Part shown: piece by piece, positions 36,385 through 43,156 of the stretch
Layout of the letters: each line of letters opens with the position of its first letter
Position numbering within the stretch: the first letter of the stretch is position 1
NCBI GenBank assembly: GCA_964515925.1
Contig: CAZEYP010000006.1
Location: 11,591-75,590 of the forward strand
DNA length: 64,000 nt
Origin: an uncultured Nitrospirota bacterium
GTDB lineage: Bacteria > Nitrospirota > Thermodesulfovibrionia > Thermodesulfovibrionales > JdFR-85
Reading direction: 5' to 3'
Made by a program: the position numbers and the translations under genes
Notes under the pieces: model-generated
Told to the model about the DNA's origin: nothing
The model's database searches: none
What the model saw: only the letters and a program-made list of their open reading frames with translations

Positions 36385-38432
36385 ACTCTGCCAATAAAGT
36401 CTCTTGGCTTTCCTGCACCCTTTGGTGGCCCAACAAGGCCATCTTCTTCAAGCATCTGCATTATACGGGCTGCCCTGTTATATCCAATCTTAAATCGTCT
36501 CTGGATAGAGGATATAGAGACCTCGCCCATGCTTTCGGCATACTCTATTACCCTCTGGTAAAGCTCATCCCTTTGTTCTGAGGATGTGCCTTTAGAATCC
36601 TTTGATTCAATTTCTATGGATTCAAACAGTGAATAATCTGGTACCCCCTGAAGTTTTATAAATTCTGTAACCCTTCTTATCTCCTCTTCTGATACATAGG
36701 CTCCGTGAAGTCGCGTCAGCCTTGCTCCAGGTCTCATAAGTAGCATATCACCTTTTCCAATCAACTGCTCTGCACCCTGCTGATCAAGGATGGTTCGGGA
36801 GTCAACCTTTGAAGAGACCTGGAAGGCTATACGGGTGGGAAAGTTTGCCTTTATAATTCCGGTAATTACATCCACCGAGGGCCTCTGTGTGGCAAGTATC
36901 AGGTGAATCCCTGATGCCCTTGCCATCTGAGCAAGCCTGACTATGGAGTCTTCAACCTCCTTTGATGCAGTGAACATAAGATCAGCAAGCTCATCTATGA
37001 TTATAACGATGTAAGGGAGTCTCTCTTCCTTTTCAACGCTCTTGTTGAAATTTACTATGTTTCTTGCACCCTGTTCAGCAATAAGTCTATACCGGTTTTC
37101 CATCTCTATCACCATCTTTTTAAGTGCAAGGGTGGCATCTCTTGGGTTGGTTATTACAGGTGCTATAAGGTGAGGGATGCCGTCGTAACGGGAAAGCTCA
37201 AGCAGTTTTGGGTCTATCATAAGTAGCTTAACTTCATCAGGCCGAACCTTATACAGCAGGCTCATGACCATTGAGTTTATAAGCACACTCTTACCAGAGC
37301 CCGTGGTGCCTGCAACAAGAAGATGAGGCATAAGGGTAAGGTCACCAACAATAGGGCGACCATATATATCCTTTCCCAATGCAAGTGTAAGTTTGGAATG
37401 GCTCTTCTGAAAGATCTCAGAGGAGATAATCTCCTTCAGGCCAACCACACCTCTATGCTTGTTTGGAACCTCGATACCCAGAGGGGTTTTCCCTGGTATT
37501 GGCGATATTCTCACACTGAGCCCGCCCAGTGCCCTTCCAAGGTCATCGGCAAGGGCCACTATTTTACTGATTTTTATCCCGGGTGCTGGCTCAAACTCAT
37601 ACATGGTCACCACAGGCCCTGGATGAACCTGTGTTACCTTTCCTGTAATGTTGAAATCAGATAGTTTTTCCTCAAGAAGTGTTGCCCTTTCAATGAGCTC
37701 TTCTCTTGATGGTTTCTGGATTTCATCATAGTTGTTCAGGAGTTTTAAGGATGGTATCTGGTATGTGCTGCTATCAGAAGGAGTTAAGGTGGAGCGGCTC
37801 CTTCCCAGAGATGGTGCAATCTCTTCATGGGCCTGTTGCTCCTCGGTTACAGGAGGGGTTTCTACTACAGGAATGTCTCGTTGTTTTGTCTTTGTAATGT
37901 CCTTTAGTCTGGTTTTCATCATCTGGTTAAATGCCTCATAGGTAGTTATTGGATTCATTATGATAAGGGCAGTGAAAAAGAATGAGAGCGTGAATATATA
38001 GGCTCCTGGCAGGGAAAAAAGCATCTTCATTACCGAGGCTATCTCTTTACCCCAGAGTCCGCCTGGATGGATAGATGTTCTGATATGAAAGGTATCGGAA
38101 ATGAGGCTTGACAACACAGGGACCACCAGTATTAATATAAACAGACCAATAAGGTTCTCCTTTCTTTTTCCCCTTCCAAGAAATCGTTTTATGCCATAAA
38201 TAAAGAACACTACCGGTATAAGATATGAAACTACACCAAGCAGGGTAATAAGAAGATCGGAGAGATAGGACCCCACTAATCCACCATAGTTCCTTACAGG
38301 TCCATCTGTAAAGGTAAAAAAGGAGGGGTCCCACTTTGAGTAACTAATAAGACTTAAAGCAATGTATATACCGGTAAGTGCAAAAAATACACCTGCTATT
38401 TCTTCTTTTATCCTTCTTATCCGTTCAGCCAT
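36381..38432 (-). CDS. ftsK: DNA translocase FtsK
   Basis: 683 aa with N-terminal TM segments, Walker A GTTGSGKS, and a C-terminal gamma winged-helix (ISSIQRRFKIGYNRAARIM). Confidence 0.92.
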   Translation of the reverse strand: MAERIRRIKEEIAGVFFALTGIYIALSLISYSKWDPSFFTFTDGPVRNYGGLVGSYLSDLLITLLGVVSYLIPVVFFIYGIKRFLGRGKRKENLIGLFILILVVPVLSSLISDTFHIRTSIHPGGLWGKEIASVMKMLFSLPGAYIFTLSFFFTALIIMNPITTYEAFNQMMKTRLKDITKTKQRDIPVVETPPVTEEQQAHEEIAPSLGRSRSTLTPSDSSTYQIPSLKLLNNYDEIQKPSREELIERATLLEEKLSDFNITGKVTQVHPGPVVTMYEFEPAPGIKISKIVALADDLGRALGGLSVRISPIPGKTPLGIEVPNKHRGVVGLKEIISSEIFQKSHSKLTLALGKDIYGRPIVGDLTLMPHLLVAGTTGSGKSVLINSMVMSLLYKVRPDEVKLLMIDPKLLELSRYDGIPHLIAPVITNPRDATLALKKMVIEMENRYRLIAEQGARNIVNFNKSVEKEERLPYIVIIIDELADLMFTASKEVEDSIVRLAQMARASGIHLILATQRPSVDVITGIIKANFPTRIAFQVSSKVDSRTILDQQGAEQLIGKGDMLLMRPGARLTRLHGAYVSEEEIRRVTEFIKLQGVPDYSLFESIEIESKDSKGTSSEQRDELYQRVIEYAESMGEVSISSIQRRFKIGYNRAARIMQMLEEDGLVGPPKGAGKPRDFIGRV

Positions 38433-39193
38433 AGGGATAACAATATTATAACAGCTAAGCCAAATCTATAGTAAACAAAGCCTTTAAGACTGAACCTTCT
38501 GAAAAACCATAGCAGAGCCCAGATTACAAAGAAGCCAGAGACAAAGGCAGAGAGAAATCCCGAAAGAAAAATTGAGGGGTTATAGGTAATCGGGCTTTTT
38601 AATATCTTGATTGCCTCAAGCAACAAAGCTCCTCCAATCACAGGGGTTGACATAAGAAAGGAAAACCTTGCTGCTTCAGTCCTTCTGAACCCTCTGAAGA
38701 GCCCCCCTGATATGGTAATACCAGAGCGTGAAACTCCAGGGATGAGTGCTATTGCCTGAAAACAACCAATCAGTATGGCATCAAAAAGGGATGTGTTATC
38801 TATATCTTTTTCCCCTCCATATCTTTCAGCAAGCAGCATTAGGATACCAAAGACAACGAGGCTCAGGGCTATTATCATCGGAGACCTCAATGTAGTTGAA
38901 ACATAATCTTCAAATGCTACTCCCACCAGGCCAGCAGGCACTGTGGCAATTATGAGATAAAAAAGCAGCTTTAACTTGCTTGTAAAAAGCTCAATCCATT
39001 CTTTTCTGAAATAAATAAGGAGAGCCAGAAGGGTGCCTCCATGAAGTGCAATGTCGAACTCCAGTGAGTTCACAATCCCCTTCCATCCAAAAAGTTTAGG
39101 AATAAGTACAAGATGAGCAGTGCTGCTTACAGGGATGAACTCGGTTAACCCCTGTACTATTCCAAGTAATGTGCTTTGAAGTAGCTCAATCAT
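38417..39193 (-). CDS. uppP: undecaprenyl-diphosphate phosphatase
   Basis: 258 aa. The membrane protein carries GLTEFIPVSSTAHL and PGVSRSG motifs. Confidence 0.9.
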   Translation of the reverse strand: MIELLQSTLLGIVQGLTEFIPVSSTAHLVLIPKLFGWKGIVNSLEFDIALHGGTLLALLIYFRKEWIELFTSKLKLLFYLIIATVPAGLVGVAFEDYVSTTLRSPMIIALSLVVFGILMLLAERYGGEKDIDNTSLFDAILIGCFQAIALIPGVSRSGITISGGLFRGFRRTEAARFSFLMSTPVIGGALLLEAIKILKSPITYNPSIFLSGFLSAFVSGFFVIWALLWFFRRFSLKGFVYYRFGLAVIILLSLWLNG

Positions 39194-40055
39194 TTAGTTT
39201 TAGTTCTCCCTCCAGATTATCAACAAACTGCCGTGCTGTGCGGCCTGAATAACTGCCATGTGAGATTGCCCATTGCAGGGCCAGATGTCTTAAATCATCT
39301 TCGGATATATTGTTAATCTTTCGTAATATTATATAATTTCGGACAATGGCAAGGTAAGTGTCAGCGTCAAACTGTCTGAATCCTATCCTCAACCCAAAGC
39401 GATCACTCAGGGAAACCTTTTCTTCCAGACTTTCCGAAGGGTGTAGTTCACCATTTACAGTGTCAAGCAGGTTATCTGAAACAAGCTCTGGCATAAGGTG
39501 CCGTCTGTTTGAAGTGGCGCAGAACATGACATTTTCGGGATGAGCCTCAAGCCCACCATCAAGGGTTGCCTTGAGTTCCCTGAAGGAAGGGTCCTCTTTA
39601 TGAAAGGATAGGTCATCTATAAAGATAATATATCTCTCCTTTCTTTTTTTGAGGACTCTAAGAAGGTCAGAAAGCAAAGGGAGCTCTTTTCTGTGCAGTT
39701 CAACCATTCTCAATCCCATTGCAGAGAATTCATTCAGAAGTGCCCTTATTGATGAAGATTTCCCAACTCCCCTTGGTCCGTATAGTAACACATGATTAAA
39801 GGGTAGCCCTTTTAGAAACTGAAGGGTGTTCCTCTTCAACCTTTCAATTGCATGGTCAATACCCTTTAATTCCTTGAAGGTAATTTGATCGGCTCTGTTT
39901 ATGCCTTCAATAAAGAGCCTGTTGTTTATACTTACTGCCCTGAAGGCGGTGTGTTTTTCAAACACTGATTCATCTACCGAAGGACATACAGCAGCGGCAA
40001 TCCGCTCCAGTGTATTATTTAGTCTTCTTAGTTCCTTAAGCAGCTCATCCATCAT
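39186..40055 (-). CDS. AAA-type ATPase, DUF815 family
   Basis: 289 aa with Walker A LLYGPRGVGKSS and Walker B IIFIDDL. Confidence 0.6.
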   Translation of the reverse strand: MMDELLKELRRLNNTLERIAAAVCPSVDESVFEKHTAFRAVSINNRLFIEGINRADQITFKELKGIDHAIERLKRNTLQFLKGLPFNHVLLYGPRGVGKSSSIRALLNEFSAMGLRMVELHRKELPLLSDLLRVLKKRKERYIIFIDDLSFHKEDPSFRELKATLDGGLEAHPENVMFCATSNRRHLMPELVSDNLLDTVNGELHPSESLEEKVSLSDRFGLRIGFRQFDADTYLAIVRNYIILRKINNISEDDLRHLALQWAISHGSYSGRTARQFVDNLEGELKLND

Positions 40056-40848
40056 TTTTCAGTACCTTTAATGCCCTGTCGTGAATATCGGGATTTGCGC
40101 TACAGAGCATGGGTGGTGTTTTCTTCATGGATAATTTTATTTTTTCGTAACTATTTCCTTCAAGGTCTGATATAGTTCCTCCTGCCTCTCTGAGCAGCAG
40201 AAGCCCTGCAGCATAATCGAAGCTCCTTGTTGGAGCAGGGTTTACATAAAGACTGGCAGCAGAAGATGCAACAAACGCAAGATCAAGAGCGGTTGAGCCA
40301 AGACACCTTGTTCTGTTTGCCAGTGACAGAAGTGGCAGAAGCCTCTTTATGTCTCTTCCAGGCACCTGTGTCTCATAGACTATGACCCTTATGTCTGAGG
40401 AGCTCTGTGAAGAGACCGGGCTACCATTCAGGAAGGCACCCTTTCCCCTTTCTGCCCAGAACTCATCACCACTTATGTAGTTGACAATGTAAGACAGGTA
40501 AAGTCCTGATACTGTATCGTTTCTGGATATAGCAATAGAACTACAAAACAGTGGAATCCCTGTTACTGCGTTTTTACTCCCATCAATAGGGTCAATTATG
40601 AGGTAATCTCCACCACCGTTAATTTCTACCTCTCCAAGCTCCTCAGAGACCACAGTGGCAGAAATCCCCCTTTTTTTGATCAGCTCGATTATAAGGTTTT
40701 CAGCCACCTCATCGATCTCAAAGGTTTTATCCCCTGCCGCTCCTTTTCTCAGGGGCCTATCGGCTGTGGCTGAAAACCTTAAAGGTGGTATAACCTCCTT
40801 TAATTTCCTGCCTATATCTCTTAAAAACTCTATATCAATCTTATCCAT
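40045..40848 (-). CDS. inositol monophosphatase / FBPase family protein
   Basis: 267 aa. IDPIDGSKNA and the metal-binding pattern of the IMPase superfamily. Confidence 0.75.
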   Translation of the reverse strand: MDKIDIEFLRDIGRKLKEVIPPLRFSATADRPLRKGAAGDKTFEIDEVAENLIIELIKKRGISATVVSEELGEVEINGGGDYLIIDPIDGSKNAVTGIPLFCSSIAISRNDTVSGLYLSYIVNYISGDEFWAERGKGAFLNGSPVSSQSSSDIRVIVYETQVPGRDIKRLLPLLSLANRTRCLGSTALDLAFVASSAASLYVNPAPTRSFDYAAGLLLLREAGGTISDLEGNSYEKIKLSMKKTPPMLCSANPDIHDRALKVLKNDG

Positions 40849-40851
40849 TTC

Positions 40852-40879
40852 TTCCCTACACGCTACCCGCTACACCCTA
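40852..40879 (-). repeat. G-tract heptamer element (G-rich on the minus strand) filling the rnpB-IMPase spacer
   Basis: The minus strand reads ttagggtgtagcgggtagcgtgtagggaagaaATG. It belongs to the same family as 3656..3755. Confidence 0.8.
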
Positions 40880-40886
40880 ATTTATT

Positions 40887-41315
40887 GGGCAGGCAATAAG
40901 CCGGGTTCTGTACTGGTGGTCATTTATCTGAGGCAGAGGATTGCTCCCCTGCTCATGCGGCCTACCCGTTCCGTACAATCAGGCGGGCCACCTTCTGGGC
41001 GGAACCTATTTGGCCTTGCTCCGGACAGGGTTTGCCGTGCCTGGAGTGTCGCCACCCCAGCGGTGGGCTCTTACCCCACCTTTTCACCCTTACCCCGCAC
41101 CCAGTTGGTTTTCAGAAGGGTGTCTTTTCCAATCTGGCAATAAAGATTAGTGCTATAACCTTCTTTTTACTCCTGAAACCCAACTGGGTGCGGGGCGGTC
41201 TGTTTTCTGTGGCACTTTCCCTTGGCTTACGCTAGGTGGCTGTTAGCCACTGTCCTGCCCTGCGGAGCCCGGACTTTCCTCTGGAGTATATACTCCAGCG
41301 ACCACCTGCCTGCCC
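40887..41315 (-). ncRNA. rnpB: RNase P RNA (bacterial type A) with extended P12
   Basis: The minus strand contains GAGGAAAGTCCGGGCTCC, GGTAAGGGTGAAAAGGTGGGGTAAGAGCCCACC, GGAGCAAGGCCAAATAGG and ACAGAACCCGGCTTAT. P1 pairs GGGCAGGCA with TGCCTGCCC. The ends are approximate to within a few nt. Confidence 0.9.
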
Positions 41316-41431
41316 TTTATATTTTGTGGTTAAACAAGAACAAATTAATAAGCCTGGGGCTTACCCAGGGAGTTTCATTTATTTTAGCATTTTCCTGTTG
41401 TTTAATATGGGGGAGTAAAAAACAACAATAT

Positions 41432-41459
41432 AAATCACAAATCTAAAATCTTACATCTT
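41432..41459 (-). repeat. heptamer array (AAATCNN x4 on plus) straddling the rnhA stop, upstream of rnpB
   Basis: aaatcac aaatcta aaatctt acatctt. Confidence 0.7.
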
Positions 41460-41888
41460 AGATTTGATAGCTTTTTTAGAAAGCGCATCGGCCTCTTTGT
41501 TCATCTCCCTTGGAACATGATTAATCTCAACGGCACCGAAAGCTTCAAGCAGTTTTTTTACTTTTGCAAACAGGGGCTTAAGCCCCTCATTTTTTACCTT
41601 ATAGATACCTTTTAGTTGCCTTACAATGAGCTCTGAGTCAAGATAAATTTCTACCTCTTCTACACCTTTGTCTTTTACCATCTCAAGTGCCCTTAATAAA
41701 GCAGTATATTCAGCAACATTGTTTGTGGCAATGCCAATAAACTCTGAGATGGTTTTCTTTTTATCATCAATAATTACAACGGCCCCTATACCAGCCGGGC
41801 CAGGATTGCCACTTGATGCGCCATCTGAGTATATAACGGCTTTGGAGGGGACTATTTTCGGTAAAGGAATCTGCCGCATTGAGGACAC
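41451..41888 (-). CDS. ribonuclease HI family protein
   Basis: 145 aa. AVIYSDGASSGNPGPAGIG...NNVAEYTALLRALE...LDSELIVRQL...REMNKEADALSKKA carries the DEDD RNase H fold motifs. Confidence 0.8.
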   Translation of the reverse strand: MSSMRQIPLPKIVPSKAVIYSDGASSGNPGPAGIGAVVIIDDKKKTISEFIGIATNNVAEYTALLRALEMVKDKGVEEVEIYLDSELIVRQLKGIYKVKNEGLKPLFAKVKKLLEAFGAVEINHVPREMNKEADALSKKAIKSKM

Positions 41889-42553
41889 TGTTGAAGCCTA
41901 TCTTCTGTTTTCAGTTCAACATAAAGCTGTGGAGGAATGCTCATGTAACAGCCAAGGCATACTTCATCTTTTGCCTCGACCACTGCAAGACCGTTTGTTT
42001 TTTCAAGTGTTTCCATGTAATTGTTGTAAACATCCTGTGGAATTTTTTCAGCCAGAACCGTTCTTTTTTTCTTTAGTTTTTCCAGTTCCTGTTCTGCTTC
42101 CTTTTTCTTTTTATCAAGCTCTTTTTTAACCTCTTCAAGCCTTTTCTTCTCCTGCTCTATCCTTTGTTCAGCATCTTTAAGTGCCTTTCTTGCCTCTTCT
42201 ATCTCCTCCATAAGGTAGAGCACATCATCTTCTAAGAGATATTTTTCCTTTTCTGTCTTTTCGATCTCTTTAAGATGGGCGTGGTATTCTTTGTTTGTTT
42301 TTATATCTTTGGTACGTTCTTTCAGTTTTTCTATTTTATCCTCTATCTCTTTTACTTCCAATTCCTTTTGCCGTTTTTTCTTCTCCATCTCGTTAAATTT
42401 TTCCTGCTGTTTCTTGAATTCCTTTTCAGCCTTTTCAAGTGGAGTTCTGTGTTTGTTGATTTCTCTGGGGATGTCGTCAATCTGTAATTTTCTTGAGACA
42501 ATGGTGGAATCTATTTCCTGAAGGGCTATCAGTAGTTCAAGGGTCTCTTTCAT
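41852..42553 (-). CDS. coiled-coil protein with C-terminal C4 zinc ribbon (COG1579 family)
   Basis: The start is moved to MKETLELL (ATG 42553, GAGAGG upstream). A long K/E-rich coiled coil is followed by CLGC...CPQCGRFLY. Confidence 0.75.
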   Translation of the reverse strand: MKETLELLIALQEIDSTIVSRKLQIDDIPREINKHRTPLEKAEKEFKKQQEKFNEMEKKKRQKELEVKEIEDKIEKLKERTKDIKTNKEYHAHLKEIEKTEKEKYLLEDDVLYLMEEIEEARKALKDAEQRIEQEKKRLEEVKKELDKKKKEAEQELEKLKKKRTVLAEKIPQDVYNNYMETLEKTNGLAVVEAKDEVCLGCYMSIPPQLYVELKTEDRLQQCPQCGRFLYRK

Positions 42554-42586
42554 AGTACCTCTCTTTCTCGTTATTTTGAGGAACAA

Positions 42587-42663
42587 TGGTGGGCCCACCA
42601 GGACTCGAACCTGGGACCGACCGGTTATGAGCCGGTTGCTCTAGCCAACTGAGCTATGGGCCC
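42587..42663 (-). tRNA. tRNA with CAT anticodon (elongator Met, or Ile2 if lysidine-modified), CCA encoded
   Basis: The reverse complement GGGCCCATAGCTCAGTTGGCTAGAGCAACCGGCTCATAACCGGTCGGTCCCAGGTTCGAGTCCTGGTGGGCCCACCA folds into a cloverleaf. It is not initiator-like, because the anticodon stem lacks the three consecutive G-C pairs. Confidence 0.9.
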
Positions 42664-42680
42664 TGAATGAGGCAAATCTA

Positions 42681-42710
42681 ATTATAAATATCCGAGAGGA
42701 TTTTGGTCAA
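42681..42710 (-). promoter_or_regulatory. candidate sigma-70 promoter for tRNA-Met (TTGACC-18-TATAAT)
   Basis: On the minus strand, TTGACC (42710..42705) and TATAAT (42686..42681) lie 17 nt upstream of the tRNA 5' end. Confidence 0.5.
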
Positions 42711-42747
42711 GTGAACTCTAACAAAATGACACACATACACAAGCTTA

Positions 42748-42776
42748 TTGACTTTTTTGTTGAATATATTTATAAT
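42748..42776 (+). promoter_or_regulatory. near-consensus sigma-70 promoter of the cadC-cadA-like operon (TTGACT-17-TATAAT)
   Basis: TTGACT at 42748..42753, an exact 17-nt spacer, and TATAAT at 42771..42776. Confidence 0.7.
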
Positions 42777-42791
42777 TGAACAGGTGTTCAA
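42776..42791. promoter_or_regulatory. ArsR/SmtB-type operator palindrome TTGAACA-GG-TGTTCAA overlapping -10/+1
   Basis: A perfect 7-2-7 inverted repeat. The TGAACA..TGTTCA core matches remembered ArsR/SmtB-family (cad/smt/czr) operators. Confidence 0.65.
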
Positions 42792-42793
42792 CT

Positions 42794-43156
42794 GTGAAAT
42801 GGAAGGATAGAGACATTTGTGAGGTTGATTACTTCGACCCAAAGAAGGTAGCCTCTGTGAAAAAGAGGTTTAAGCCAGAACGAACTATTCAGCTACTTGC
42901 CGAGACCTTCAGAGTGCTTGGTGATTCTACACGGGTAAAGATACTGTTTGCCCTTTCCAGGGAAGAACTCTGTGTTTGTGATCTTGCAAATCTCCTGGGC
43001 ACATCAAAGTCTAATGTATCACATCAGTTAAGACTGCTCAGAAACATGAGGCTGGTTAAATACAGAAGACAGGGGAAGATGGTCTATTACAGTCTTGACG
43101 ATGACCACATAAGAAACCTCTTTGAAGAGGGACTCAGGCATGTAGAGGAGAGATAG
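42794..43156 (+). CDS. cadC: ArsR/SmtB-family metalloregulator, CadC-like
   Basis: ELCVCDLANLLG (alpha3 CVC site) and HQLRLLRNMRLV (HTH). The N-terminal arm (M)KWKDRDICEVDYFDPKKV aligns with my memory of S. aureus CadC MKKKDTCEIFCYDEEKV. I therefore prefer GTG 42794 over the ORF-track TTG 42776, which lies inside the -10 box. Confidence 0.8.
   Translation: MKWKDRDICEVDYFDPKKVASVKKRFKPERTIQLLAETFRVLGDSTRVKILFALSREELCVCDLANLLGTSKSNVSHQLRLLRNMRLVKYRRQGKMVYYSLDDDHIRNLFEEGLRHVEER

Noticed and set aside
40655-41446. Several plus-strand ORFs of 60-162 aa (40655..41143, 40941..41150, 41032..41235, 41222..41446)
   Set aside because: They overlap the RNase P RNA gene, whose conserved elements are unambiguous on the minus strand, and they have no protein-like features.
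42776-42793. TTG 42776 as the cadC start; TTG 45410 as the nfu start; ATG 50282 as the nadB start
   Set aside because: Each coincides with a -10 or -35 hexamer of a strong predicted promoter. Homology-based N-termini begin at the downstream start codons. nadB 50282 remains possible.
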